DNA of 64,000 nt from an uncultured Bacteroidales bacterium (GCA_964461435.1 CAYWUI010000005.1:8316-72315); one strand, 5' to 3'. Positions 1-9,950 are shown, counted from the first letter of the stretch. Notes: generated by a model not told the origin, from the sequence alone. Numbers and translations are program-made.

Positions 1-210
1 ATCGAAAATGCAAAGAAGGCTGGTTATAAATGCGCGTTAACAATTGATTACGGATTTAACACTATTAATTCAGATCCTTATACATTAAAAAGAATTCCGA
101 TAAATGATGATGCCAGTATTCACGAAATTATTGTAAAGACATCAGGGTTTTATGATTTTATTAAAAAGTATATTTTAAGAATTAAAACTAAAGGTATAAA
201 AAAAACATAG
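1..210 (+). CDS. C-terminal fragment of a polysaccharide deacetylase-like protein (5' end outside window)
   Basis: Frame 1 is open from base 1 to the TAG at 208-210 and reads IENAKKAGYKCALTIDYGFNTINSDPYTLKRIP... This resembles the C-terminus of the polysaccharide deacetylase family. The call comes from motif memory only. Confidence 0.45.
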   Translation: MENAKKAGYKCALTIDYGFNTINSDPYTLKRIPINDDASIHEIIVKTSGFYDFIKKYILRIKTKGIKKT

Positions 211-294
211 GTCAGAGGCGGTGATCTTCTTTTAAACAGAACAAATCAGGGTTTATGAAGGCTCTCAAAATTTCGGCTGATTAGTTTAAACTGA

Positions 295-1362
295 TTACGA
301 ATTATAATTTAATACTTTATAATATTCACAGTACCAATTTACGAAATTTTTAATACCTGTTTCAATAGTTGTTTCAGGTTTATAATTAAAATCATCCGCC
401 AGTGAACTGACATCGGCCCATGTTTTTGGCACATCTCCCTGCTGCATCGGCAGCATATTCCTGGTGGCTTTTTTACCTGTGGCTTTTTCAATGGATTCAA
501 TGAAATCAAGTAATTTAACAGGCTTGTTATTCCCGATATTATATACCCTGTAAGGTGCTGCGGAGCTTGAAGGATCGGGTTTTTTACCGCTCCAGCTCTT
601 ATTGCCATGAGGCGGGGCCTTAATGATTCTTGTTATGCCCTCGATAATATCATCTATATAAGTAAAGTCTCTTTCCATCTGTCCATCATTATAGACATAT
701 ATGGACTTATTTTCCAGTATGGCTTTTGTGAACAAAAATAAGGCCATGTCCGGTCTTCCCCAGGGTCCATAAACAGTAAAAAAACGCAGTCCTGTGGTTG
801 GCAGTCCGTATAAATGGCTATAGGTATGTGCCATCAGTTCATTGCTTTTTTTACTTGCTGCATACAGACTTACCGGGTGATCAACATTATCCTGTGCTGA
901 AAAAGGCATTTTCTCATTTAAACCATAAACACTCGAACTGCTCGCATATACAAGGTGACCTATACCATTATACCGGCAAGCTTCAAGAATATTAAGGAAT
1001 CCGACAATATTACAGTCAATATAGGTCCTGGGATTTTCAATGCTGTATCTTACACCGGCCTGAGCTGCAAGGTGACAAACCTTATCAAATCTTTCCCTTT
1101 TGAATAATTCGTAAATATTAGTGTCATCCTCCAGATTCAGCTTTATGAACTTATATCCGGGAAATATAGAACTTTTAATGATTTTGTCATATTTAATATC
1201 TTCCTTACTGATTCCCGTATTTTCAAGCCGGCTAAATTTCAGATCAACATCATAATAGCTGTTTATATTATCCAGGCCGACAATATCATGTCCTTCTTCC
1301 ACCAGTCTTTTTACAAGATGAAAACCTATAAATCCTGCAGTACCGGTAATAAGAATTTTCAT
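295..1362 (-). CDS. NAD-dependent sugar-nucleotide epimerase (UDP-glucuronate 4-epimerase-like, SDR family)
   Basis: 355-aa ORF with an N-terminal Rossmann motif GTAGFIGFH and a catalytic YAASK (YxxxK). Length and layout fit extended SDR epimerases. Confidence 0.85.
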   Translation of the reverse strand: MKILITGTAGFIGFHLVKRLVEEGHDIVGLDNINSYYDVDLKFSRLENTGISKEDIKYDKIIKSSIFPGYKFIKLNLEDDTNIYELFKRERFDKVCHLAAQAGVRYSIENPRTYIDCNIVGFLNILEACRYNGIGHLVYASSSSVYGLNEKMPFSAQDNVDHPVSLYAASKKSNELMAHTYSHLYGLPTTGLRFFTVYGPWGRPDMALFLFTKAILENKSIYVYNDGQMERDFTYIDDIIEGITRIIKAPPHGNKSWSGKKPDPSSSAAPYRVYNIGNNKPVKLLDFIESIEKATGKKATRNMLPMQQGDVPKTWADVSSLADDFNYKPETTIETGIKNFVNWYCEYYKVLNYNS

Positions 1363-1660
1363 AGGAATAATTGGTTTTTATTAATATGGCCTGAAAAAAT
1401 ACTGTACAGTTAACAGATTAAATCATCAGTAAATAAATATGTTATTTTTGACCTTACTGCAATTAAAAAGTTTTTAAGGAGAATGCATTTCTTAACAAAA
1501 TATATTTTCATTTAAAAATCTTAAATTTAAGACATAATAAATTCATATTCATAATAAAAATCCTGTTTTTGATGTATTAATATTTTTTAATGATTATTGA
1601 TAATTATTTATTCATTAATGATTTGTCATAGCCATTATCCGAAAAGTTCCGATAAGTATT

Positions 1661-1668
1661 TATATTTG
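1661..1668 (+). promoter_or_regulatory. Candidate Bacteroidota -7 promoter box (TATATTTG = TAnnTTTG)
   Basis: The match to TAnnTTTG lies about 50 nt upstream of the ATG at 1719. No clear -33 TTTG is present at canonical spacing. Confidence 0.3.
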
Positions 1669-1718
1669 CACGATTTTTGCATACCTTAAAGGAGGCATTT
1701 TAATATCGGGAGATATAT

Positions 1719-2213
1719 ATGTATTATTTTATATTTTTAATACTAACCTGTTCCGGGATGCTTTTTCATCCGCTGCATTTTTCAATTACCAATATAGACA
1801 TCAATTCCAAACTGCATGTTGCCGAGATATCATACCAGTTCTTCGCAGATGATTTTAAAAATATGTTGCAAAACCATGAGCAGACAGTAATTGATCTGGA
1901 TCAAAACAAGGATTTGACACCACAAAATATAGAGGCTGTAAATGATTATATTTTTTCCGCGTTTGAAGTAAAATTTAATAAATCTGAAAAGATAAATCTT
2001 GATTTTCAGTATAAAAAGCACGATGAAGCATTAATACGGTTATATTATAAGGGAGAACTGCCCATGGGTGAGATTGAAAGTATTACACTGGTGAACGAAT
2101 TAATGCTGGATCTGTATGAAGATCAGACAAACCTGGTTATTATCAGCCTTGATGGGGAAGAAAAGGGATATACGTTCAATTACAGGAAAAAAACTTTAAA
2201 TATCGAGTACTAA
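1719..2213 (+). CDS. Hypothetical protein, DUF6702-like
   Basis: 164-aa ORF. After a hydrophobic N-terminus it has an H-x-x-H-F-S-I-T...I motif, then F.DD, then a C-terminal L.D.YE.Q.N pattern. This layout is recalled from the DUF6702 family of Bacteroidota. Confidence 0.5.
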   Translation: MYYFIFLILTCSGMLFHPLHFSITNIDINSKLHVAEISYQFFADDFKNMLQNHEQTVIDLDQNKDLTPQNIEAVNDYIFSAFEVKFNKSEKINLDFQYKKHDEALIRLYYKGELPMGEIESITLVNELMLDLYEDQTNLVIISLDGEEKGYTFNYRKKTLNIEY

Positions 2214-2267
2214 ATTTACTGAATAATTAAGGACAAAGAGAATTATTTAAATGTTAACTTTGTATTT

Positions 2268-4904
2268 ATGAGGGGAATAATAGTATTTATTATTTGCCTG
2301 TTTATTAATACGTTGGCTTCCTTGGCGACACACAACAGGGCAGGTGAGATTACTTTCAGTCATATCTCGGGCTATACCTATGAATTTACAATAACCACAT
2401 ATACTTATACACCCAGTTTGGCAAACCGTAGTGAGCTGACAATAGAATGGGGTGACAATAGTTCATCAATAGCTCCGATGGCTGACGGTTATCCGATATT
2501 TTTGCCCAACTATTACCGTCATAATGTATATAATGCAACACATACATTTCCGGGGCCGGGTATATATGAAGTGCTTGTTCAGGATCCCAACAGGAACCTT
2601 GGGGTACAGAATATACCGAATTCTGTTAATGTGGTATTCTCTATTAAAACAACGATACTTATAAATACAATAATAGGAGATAATAGCTCGCCGGAACTTT
2701 TAAATCCTCCAAAAGACAGGGCTGCCCTTGGACATATTTTTATTCATAATCCGGCGGCATATGATCCTGATGGCGATAGCCTGTCATATAAACTGACTGT
2801 GTGTACGGGACAGGATGGAAAGCCTATTAAGGATTATACCTTTCCTTCCAGCAGTGATACATTTTATATCAATGAAGTTACAGGCGATCTGGTCTGGGAT
2901 GCACCCGTGGATACGGGTAAATATAATGTTGCAATGAATATTCAGGAATGGAGAGATGGCATTATTATTGGCAATATTGTCAGGGATATGCAAATTGAGG
3001 TATTCAGGACCGACAATAATCCTCCCGACAATCCGGAGCTTACTGATTACTGTGTCGAGGCAGGTACCCTGATTGAATTCCAGGTTACATCAACGGACAA
3101 GGATAATGATCCTGTAATACAGTCAATGGCGGGAGGGCCGTTCGAGATATCAGAGGATTCAGCTGTATTTGCACTTGATACTTCCGGACCGGGATTTTCA
3201 ACATCAACTTTCAGATGGCTTACAGCCTGCTCACATGTCAGGAAACAGCCATACCAGGTTATCCTGAAGAGCGAGGATGAAAATAATGATATAAACCTTG
3301 TAGATATCAGTAATTTTACTATTAAAGTATTGAGCCCGGCGCCAACCGGACTATTAGCTTCTTCTACCAGCATACAGATTAACCTGTCATGGGATCAGAG
3401 CATTTGTAACAATGTTACGGGATATTATATCTATCGCCGTGAAGGGAGTTATAATTTTCAGGCAGACAGTTGCGAAAATGGGGTGCCTTCATATACAGGC
3501 TTTGAAAGAATAGGTGAAGTAAAGGGATCAGGGAATACCCATTTTACGGATGATAATGATGGAGAAGGGCTGATTCAGGGTGTTGTATATTGCTATATGG
3601 TTACTGCCTGTTTTAAAGACGGATCAGAAAGTTTCGCATCACTGCCCATATGTGTCTCACTCGTGCCCGGTACCCCTTCAATCATTAATGTCAGCGTCAC
3701 AACTGTTGATGAGAAAAGCGGTGAAGTTTTTTTATCATGGCTAAAACCTCTGGACGTAGATACATTAGCTGCACCGGGACCCTATGTTTTTCAGGTTTTA
3801 AGAAGCGATACACTGGAAGAAAATAGTTTTCTTTTAATTGACTCTGTCCTGTCAGAGGATTTGAATGATACAACTTACTTCGATGTGCTCAATACCGTTA
3901 AATTCCCTTATTATTACACTATCAAACTATTCAACAATACCGCTGGAAACAGATTTGAAATTAAAGAGGAAGATAATGAAATTGCATCTACTCTTTATAT
4001 GGATATTATACCGGATGATAATAAACTAACTCTTAATTTCAGGAAGAAGGTACCCTGGGTAAATACAGATTATATTATCTACAGGCAAAACAGATTAACA
4101 GGTATGTTTGACTCAATAGGAATTTCTCAGCAATCTCAATATTCAGACATCGGACTGAAGAACGGAGTTGAGTATTGCTATAAAACCAGAAGTATTGGCT
4201 GGCGACCTGTTAAAGGCCTGATCTATGAAAATGAAAACCTGTCTCATGTAAACTGTGGCATTCCCAGCGATATGACACCTCCATGTCCGCCCGCACTATC
4301 AGTGATTTCTTTGTGCGACAGCCTGAAGAACATTTTAACATGGACCAATCCGAATAATTATTGCACGGATGACGTAATTGGCTATATAATATATTATTCG
4401 GGAACAATACAGAGTGCATCAGATTCAATTGGAGGTACATATTCAGCTGTTGACACAACTTTTCATCATCAACTGGAGCATGTGATGCAATTAGGAGGAT
4501 GTTACTATGTTACAGCAATTGACTCTTTTAAAAATGAAAGTTCTCCTTCAAACAGGGTTTGTATTGATGCATGCCCTTATTTTGAATTGCCAAATGTGTT
4601 TTCACCGAATAATGATAATATTAACGACAAATTTGTAGCAAAAATCCCGGAAGGAGTATCTGATAATCTGAAGGTCGTGATTAAAATATATAACAGGTGG
4701 GGACAGCTGGTATTTGAATCAGATGATAACCCGCTGGTTGAATGGAATGGTACTTATATGCATTCAAAAAAAATAGTACCTTCAGGCGTTTATTATTACA
4801 TATGCGATGTGTATGAACCAAGAATAACAGGTGTCGAGGTCAGAAGCCTTGTTGGATTTGTACATGTCTTCTCCGATAAATCTACAGTTGAAACAAGTGA
4901 ATAA
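2268..4904 (+). CDS. Large secreted protein with a T9SS type B (gliding-motility CHU_C-like) C-terminal sorting domain
   Basis: 878 aa with a signal peptide and an N-terminal THNRAGEITF motif. FN3/Ig-like repeats follow. The C-terminus reads PNVFSPNNDNINDKF...YNRWGQLVFES...WNGTY...SGVYYYI, which is typical of type B sorting domains. Confidence 0.85.
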   Translation: MRGIIVFIICLFINTLASLATHNRAGEITFSHISGYTYEFTITTYTYTPSLANRSELTIEWGDNSSSIAPMADGYPIFLPNYYRHNVYNATHTFPGPGIYEVLVQDPNRNLGVQNIPNSVNVVFSIKTTILINTIIGDNSSPELLNPPKDRAALGHIFIHNPAAYDPDGDSLSYKLTVCTGQDGKPIKDYTFPSSSDTFYINEVTGDLVWDAPVDTGKYNVAMNIQEWRDGIIIGNIVRDMQIEVFRTDNNPPDNPELTDYCVEAGTLIEFQVTSTDKDNDPVIQSMAGGPFEISEDSAVFALDTSGPGFSTSTFRWLTACSHVRKQPYQVILKSEDENNDINLVDISNFTIKVLSPAPTGLLASSTSIQINLSWDQSICNNVTGYYIYRREGSYNFQADSCENGVPSYTGFERIGEVKGSGNTHFTDDNDGEGLIQGVVYCYMVTACFKDGSESFASLPICVSLVPGTPSIINVSVTTVDEKSGEVFLSWLKPLDVDTLAAPGPYVFQVLRSDTLEENSFLLIDSVLSEDLNDTTYFDVLNTVKFPYYYTIKLFNNTAGNRFEIKEEDNEIASTLYMDIIPDDNKLTLNFRKKVPWVNTDYIIYRQNRLTGMFDSIGISQQSQYSDIGLKNGVEYCYKTRSIGWRPVKGLIYENENLSHVNCGIPSDMTPPCPPALSVISLCDSLKNILTWTNPNNYCTDDVIGYIIYYSGTIQSASDSIGGTYSAVDTTFHHQLEHVMQLGGCYYVTAIDSFKNESSPSNRVCIDACPYFELPNVFSPNNDNINDKFVAKIPEGVSDNLKVVIKIYNRWGQLVFESDDNPLVEWNGTYMHSKKIVPSGVYYYICDVYEPRITGVEVRSLVGFVHVFSDKSTVETSE

Positions 4905-6131
4905 ATGCAAGTGAAAAAATTGGCCGGCATAGTCGCTCTTATAATTGCCTTCACGGGAACAAATGCCCAGGACCCGGATGACTTATATTGCAGGGGTGTA
5001 GCAAGTTTAATGACAGGCAACTATAGTGAGGCTGCTAATTTTCTGACATCGGCCATAAAGCTGGAACCAAATAATGCACTTATGTATCTGAAAAGAGGTG
5101 AAGCTTACTATCAGTCAGGACTGCTTGATGATGCTTTAAATGACTTTCTCGAAACTGATATGCTGGATAAAAGCAAAGGCAGCATGGGTCTTGCCAGAAC
5201 ATATGCCAGGCTTGGAAATGAAGAAAAATCTTTATTTTATTTGAGAGAGCATCTTAATTCGGGGTATCATTTGAAAGAGAAGGATATTAAAAAAGACAGT
5301 GCATTTGATAAGCTGCAATATACTGACGGGTGGTATGTCCTCTGGCAGGAAAACTGGTACACAGGAGAAGAGGAGGTTGAGTCTGAAGTAGACTATTTGC
5401 TCCATAAGGAACAATATCTGGATGCCCTTACCCTGTTGGATGAGAAAATTTTAAAGTCGGAAAATCCTCACATTTTATATGCCTGCAGGGCCAAAGTATA
5501 TGAGGAACTTGACAATTATAAAGGAGCTATAGCAGACTGGGATAACGCTATTACTCATGGAGGATATATCCGGGATTACTATATTGAAAGAGGAAAGGCA
5601 TACTCCAGGCTGGGCAAATATGAAAATGCTGCCGGGGATTTTACAAAGGTGCTGAGGAATGATCCTGCGTGCTTTTCTTTATATATTGAAAGAGCAAATG
5701 CGTACGCACAATTGAAAAAATATAGTCTGGCCATAAAGGATGTTGAAACCTACCTGGAATATTTTGATAATGATCAGAACGCAATTGCTTTGTGCGGAGA
5801 TCTGTACTACTTGAGCGGAAACTATATTGAGGCACTTAAATACTATAACAGGAACCTGAGATTGGACAAATCAAAACCTGAATATTACAAGGCCAGGGGT
5901 AAAGCCTATTTGAAAACCGGCACCTACATGTTTGCAATAAATGACCTGTCGATGGCACTGGACTTATATCCAAATGACGGTGAGACCTATTTGCTGAAAG
6001 GCATAGCTCTCTTTGAAAGTGGAGATATTGAAGGCGCATGTTCTGACTGGAATAAAGCCAGAAAATTCGGAGAGGTTAAGGCAGTTGAATATTTACTTAA
6101 GTATTGCGATCAAAAGGCTTTGTCCCATTAA
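4905..6131 (+). CDS. Tetratricopeptide-repeat protein with signal peptide
   Basis: 408 aa with repeated TPR-like A..Y/G.A...Y..AL periodicity. Its ATG directly abuts the TAA of the upstream T9SS gene (4902-4904 / 4905), suggesting co-translation. Confidence 0.8.
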   Translation: MQVKKLAGIVALIIAFTGTNAQDPDDLYCRGVASLMTGNYSEAANFLTSAIKLEPNNALMYLKRGEAYYQSGLLDDALNDFLETDMLDKSKGSMGLARTYARLGNEEKSLFYLREHLNSGYHLKEKDIKKDSAFDKLQYTDGWYVLWQENWYTGEEEVESEVDYLLHKEQYLDALTLLDEKILKSENPHILYACRAKVYEELDNYKGAIADWDNAITHGGYIRDYYIERGKAYSRLGKYENAAGDFTKVLRNDPACFSLYIERANAYAQLKKYSLAIKDVETYLEYFDNDQNAIALCGDLYYLSGNYIEALKYYNRNLRLDKSKPEYYKARGKAYLKTGTYMFAINDLSMALDLYPNDGETYLLKGIALFESGDIEGACSDWNKARKFGEVKAVEYLLKYCDQKALSH

Positions 6132-6153
6132 AAATATGGGCGCTGTCCCTATT

Positions 6154-6801
6154 TTACTTACCAAGAATTCCTTCCAGTTCATGTATGATGTCCTTCATGT
6201 CGGAATACTTAATCTGTCCGGGCGCAGTTGCCTTACCCTCATCCATTGAAGCATAGGTAATCTCTGATCCCATGAAAGGTGCAATAATCCGCGTTATCTT
6301 CCCCAGGCATCCCATGCAAAATGCGACTATCCTTCCGGGGTTATTATAAAGTGAAAGTATCCTTGAATTATCTATATTGGTTTTTGCTGTTGTCACTACT
6401 TTTGCAATATCTGCACCATATTCAAAACAGTCTTTCACAATTTTGTTCAGCACATCAGTTTCAGGAGTATTTCTAAAATTATGGTAAGAAATGATCACGT
6501 CGCAGTTATTCCTGTGGGCATAATCAATCAGATCTTTTCTGTAGGTTTCATCTGACTCATATTCCAGATCAACATATTTCGCTCCCGCCTTAATTGCAGT
6601 TTTTAATTTGTTTATTCTTTCGCCTTCATCGCAGATACCGGGGCGAAGGGTTGCAATTAATTTTTTGGGCTGGGAAAAAATCTCCTTAATCTTTTTAATG
6701 TCAAATTCAGTCAGGTCCAGCCTGATTTCAGCCATATCAACATTTTTTAATGTTGCAAGGCAGTTTTTTATATTTTTATCAGATATCGCTACGCAAATCA
6801 T
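6154..6801 (-). CDS. aroD: 3-dehydroquinate dehydratase, type I
   Basis: 215 aa. The N-terminus ICVAI...AEIRLD and overall length fit type I DHQase. It is the last gene of the aromatic operon and overlaps aroB by 23 nt. Confidence 0.8.
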   Translation of the reverse strand: MICVAISDKNIKNCLATLKNVDMAEIRLDLTEFDIKKIKEIFSQPKKLIATLRPGICDEGERINKLKTAIKAGAKYVDLEYESDETYRKDLIDYAHRNNCDVIISYHNFRNTPETDVLNKIVKDCFEYGADIAKVVTTAKTNIDNSRILSLYNNPGRIVAFCMGCLGKITRIIAPFMGSEITYASMDEGKATAPGQIKYSDMKDIIHELEGILGK

Positions 6802-7816
6802 TAATCATTTCCTCCATTTGTTTTAATGATACTTGTTTAATAATTGCATTTCCTATACTTTCCAGCAGAACAAGGTGAAGAGTGTCCCCTTCACGTTTTT
6901 TATCCTGTCTTATAATATCAAGGATGTCTGACGTCTCGACGTTTATTGATGTTGGTAATCCTAAATTCTCCAAAAGGCTTTTAATCCTTTTGAATTCTGT
7001 TTCTTTTATCAGCCCAAGTTTCTGAGACAGTTTCAATGCCACGATCATTCCTGCGCTCACAGCTTCGCCATGTAACATCCCGGTAAGTTTTTCAAAAGAA
7101 TGGGCAAATGTATGTCCGAAATTTAGCTTTCTTCTTTCTCCTTTTTCCTTCTCATCAGCCTCAACAACTTTGGATTTAATTAACACAGAGTCATACACCA
7201 GCTTGTTTATTACATCGGCATCCATGTTCAGGGCTTTTTTATAATTATTCTCCAGATAACTGATAACATTTTCATTTTTTATCGCACCTGCCTTAACAAT
7301 TTCTGCAAATCCGGCCACGAAATATTTTTTATCGAGGGTCTTTAACATTTCGCTGTCACATATTACAAATTCAGGCTGGTTAAAGGTCCCTATCATATTC
7401 TTATAGCCCTTAAAGTTGACACCATTTTTCCCGCCAACGCTCGCATCAACCTGTGATAGGAGGGTGGTTGATACAAATCCGAATTTTAATCCGCGCATAA
7501 ATATGGAAGCGGCAAAACCTGCTACATCGCAGACTATGCCACCTCCAATGCCTGCAATGAATGAAGAGCGGTCCACTTCATGTTCAACAAATTTAGCGAA
7601 TATATAATTAAGAGTATCAATGGTTTTAACTTTCTCCCCGAGTCCGATTTCAATGATAATGCAGGGAGGAAAGTCTCTTTTATAGAAGTGAGATACATTT
7701 GTATCCGTGATAATTACAGTTTTTGTGTCAGGAAGGTAACGGATGAGATTTTCAAGTTTCTCTCCAACAAGAATTTTAGAAGTGCGGGAATCGGTTTTTA
7801 TTTCTATGGTTTTCAT
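6779..7816 (-). CDS. aroB: 3-dehydroquinate synthase
   Basis: 345 aa with a GGGIVCDVAGFAAS nucleotide-binding loop and the HTFAH/HGEAV metal-binding motifs typical of AroB. Confidence 0.9.
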   Translation of the reverse strand: MKTIEIKTDSRTSKILVGEKLENLIRYLPDTKTVIITDTNVSHFYKRDFPPCIIIEIGLGEKVKTIDTLNYIFAKFVEHEVDRSSFIAGIGGGIVCDVAGFAASIFMRGLKFGFVSTTLLSQVDASVGGKNGVNFKGYKNMIGTFNQPEFVICDSEMLKTLDKKYFVAGFAEIVKAGAIKNENVISYLENNYKKALNMDADVINKLVYDSVLIKSKVVEADEKEKGERRKLNFGHTFAHSFEKLTGMLHGEAVSAGMIVALKLSQKLGLIKETEFKRIKSLLENLGLPTSINVETSDILDIIRQDKKREGDTLHLVLLESIGNAIIKQVSLKQMEEMINDLRSDI

Positions 7817-7820
7817 TATT

Positions 7821-8906
7821 TTATTTATTCATCACTCTTGTCTGATGATTAATAGATTCCTGATGTATTGCCCTGAAAATCTGCATAATAAATTCTTCAC
7901 TCAGGCCTTTTTTATGTGCCAGTTTAATCATGTTTTTCAGTATTTCATCCCACCTGCTTGCCTGCAATATAGTTATATTATTTTTCTTTTTATATTCTCC
8001 TATTTTTCTTGAAACGGCCATACGGCCATCCAGTATATTCAGGAGTTTTTCGTCATATTCATCTATTTCCTGTCTGAGTTCCTCGAGAGTAATAAGTAAC
8101 AAATCATCATCAATATTAGATTTTCTTAAGACAAGTTTAGCAAGAAGATTTTTGAGTTCTTCGGGAGTTATCTGTTGTGCAGCGTCGCTTAGCGCTTTTT
8201 CGGGATTGATGTGAGTTTCAATCATCAATCCGTCAAAATTTAAATCCATTGACCTCTGGGAAACTTCGAAAAGTAATTTTTTGCTTCCGCATATATGACT
8301 GGGATCGGTGATTATTGGCAGTTCGGGTATTCTGCGTTTAAGCTCAATTGGTATTTCCCAGTGCGGATTATTCCGGTACTGTGATTTGTTATATGTCGAG
8401 AATCCTCTATGTATAGCTGCGATTCTTTTTATGCCTGCATTGTTTATCCTTTCAAGGGCTCCTATCCATAGCTCTGCATCGGGATTAACAGGATTTTTTA
8501 CCATGACGGGAATATCCACACCTTTAAGCGAGTCAGCCAGTTCCTGCACAGAAAAAGGATTTACAGATGTCCTTGCACCAATCCATAATATGTCAATACC
8601 TGCTTTGAGAGCTTCGTAAACATGCTTGACATTCGCCACTTCAATTGAAGTAAACATGCCGAATTCTTCTTTTACTCTTTTTAACCATAATAAACCTCTG
8701 GATCCTACTCCTTCAAAAGAATTAGGCCTCGTCCTGGGTTTCCATATGCCTGCTCTGAAAATCTTTATTCCGTTTTTATGCAGTTGCCGGGCAGTCTCTA
8801 TTACCTGCTCTTCGCTTTCAGCACTACATGGGCCCGATATAATAAGCGGTCGGTCAAACCTTATTCCGTTAAAACTTAATCCTTCCAGTTCAAGATTTAT
8901 TCCCAT
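7821..8906 (-). CDS. Bifunctional 3-deoxy-7-phosphoheptulonate (DAHP) synthase class I-beta / chorismate mutase type II
   Basis: 361 aa. The N-terminal ~270 aa are DAHPS/KDO8PS-like (GPCSAES..., KNPVNP). The C-terminal ~90 aa form an AroQ-type CM helix bundle (LEELRQEIDEYDEKLLNILDGRMAVSRKIGEYKK). This fusion is known in Bacteroidota. Confidence 0.85.
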   Translation of the reverse strand: MGINLELEGLSFNGIRFDRPLIISGPCSAESEEQVIETARQLHKNGIKIFRAGIWKPRTRPNSFEGVGSRGLLWLKRVKEEFGMFTSIEVANVKHVYEALKAGIDILWIGARTSVNPFSVQELADSLKGVDIPVMVKNPVNPDAELWIGALERINNAGIKRIAAIHRGFSTYNKSQYRNNPHWEIPIELKRRIPELPIITDPSHICGSKKLLFEVSQRSMDLNFDGLMIETHINPEKALSDAAQQITPEELKNLLAKLVLRKSNIDDDLLLITLEELRQEIDEYDEKLLNILDGRMAVSRKIGEYKKKNNITILQASRWDEILKNMIKLAHKKGLSEEFIMQIFRAIHQESINHQTRVMNK

Positions 8907-8909
8907 AGT

Positions 8910-9770
8910 TTATTCCATTATTGATTTACCTTTCATATATTCACCCAGTATCTGCAAGTTACTGGTGAATGGTTTGATAGCTTCAACAGCTTGTTTGTAA
9001 AGCAAAAAGTCCTCTATTTCAAGATCAACATAAAACTGGTATTCCCATTCTTTGCCAATTATTGGCATTGATTGCACCTTTGTCAGGTTTATTTCATAAT
9101 AAGAAAGTATTGATAATACTTTTGACAGGCATCCTATTTTATGAGCCAGTGCAAAAGTTATTGATGATTTATTGACTTTTTTATTAGGTTTAATTTTACC
9201 ATTCTTTTCCTCCAGGATCAGAAATCTTGTATAGTTCTTTTTGTTGGTTTCTATACTGGCAGCGAGAATCTCGAGATTATACTTCTCGGCGGCAAGTGTA
9301 CTCGATATAGCACCTATGCCTGATAATTTATTATCCCTTATATCTTTTGCACTAAGTGCCGTATCAATACTATCAATCAATTTTATATGAGGATATTCTT
9401 CAAAGAACTTCTGACATTGCAGTAAAGCCATGGGATGAGAATAAATTTCCTTAATGTCTTTTATTGACTGCCCGGGAAGGGCAACAAGATTCTGTTTTAT
9501 GCGAAGATAGATTTCTCCGATTATTTTCATGTTCGATTCAAGGAGCAGAGTATAATTGGGCAAAATACTTCCTGCAAGTGAATTTTCAATAGCAGTAATG
9601 CCATAGTCCACTAATCCGTTCTGAAGTGCCGTGAATAAGTCTTTAAATGTATTTTTTGGCACAATCTCAATATTATCCTTTTCAAAATAATGAAGGGCAG
9701 CAATTTCATGAAATGCCCCATAACCACCTTGTATAGCTATTTTCTTGACTTTTGTGACTGTTTGATCCAT
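8910..9770 (-). CDS. pheA: Prephenate dehydratase with C-terminal ACT domain
   Basis: 286 aa with IAIQG..GAFHE at the N-terminus, a NYTRF motif and an ACT-like C-terminus. It is the first gene of a four-gene aromatic operon. Confidence 0.9.
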   Translation of the reverse strand: MDQTVTKVKKIAIQGGYGAFHEIAALHYFEKDNIEIVPKNTFKDLFTALQNGLVDYGITAIENSLAGSILPNYTLLLESNMKIIGEIYLRIKQNLVALPGQSIKDIKEIYSHPMALLQCQKFFEEYPHIKLIDSIDTALSAKDIRDNKLSGIGAISSTLAAEKYNLEILAASIETNKKNYTRFLILEEKNGKIKPNKKVNKSSITFALAHKIGCLSKVLSILSYYEINLTKVQSMPIIGKEWEYQFYVDLEIEDFLLYKQAVEAIKPFTSNLQILGEYMKGKSIME

Positions 9771-9798
9771 ATATTGAATTTAAAATTAAAAATCAGAC

Positions 9799-9826
9799 AA
9801 AAAAAAAGTCCCAAACTTATTGGGAC
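9799..9826 (-). terminator. Rho-independent terminator / attenuator hairpin upstream of pheA
   Basis: On the minus strand the hairpin reads GUCCCAA-UAAGU-UUGGGAC (9826->9808), followed by nine U (9807->9799). It lies 28 nt before the pheA ATG and 36 nt after the leader ORF stop. Confidence 0.6.
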
Positions 9827-9862
9827 TTCCTGTTATATTTATTATATAAACAAACAAATCCC

Positions 9863-9922
9863 TCAGGTTATTAAAAAATAGAAGTAAAAGAAGAAAGCGG
9901 ACTTGTTTGTATTGTATCTCAT
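9863..9922 (-). CDS. Candidate aromatic (Phe/Tyr) leader peptide MRYNTNKSAFFFYFYFLIT
   Basis: 19 codons plus UGA, translated by hand. There are seven consecutive aromatic codons (TTC TTC TTT TAC TTC TAT TTT). The ORF lies between a TAnnTTTG box and a terminator, directly upstream of the pheA operon. Confidence 0.55.
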   Translation of the reverse strand: MRYNTNKSAFFFYFYFLIT

Positions 9923-9942
9923 TGTCTTAGTATTTAACGGTA

Positions 9943-9950
9943 CAAAAATA
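9943..9950 (-). promoter_or_regulatory. Candidate -7 promoter box TATTTTTG for the leader/pheA transcript
   Basis: The minus-strand sequence TATTTTTG matches TAnnTTTG and sits 20 nt upstream of the leader ATG. A TTG lies about 18 nt further upstream. Confidence 0.35.

Noticed and set aside
6779-6801. 23-nt overlap between aroB and aroD, considered as a possible frameshift or fusion.
   Set aside because: Both proteins have complete, normal termini (aroD starts MICVAISD..., aroB ends after its C-terminal helix). Short overlaps are common in tight operons.
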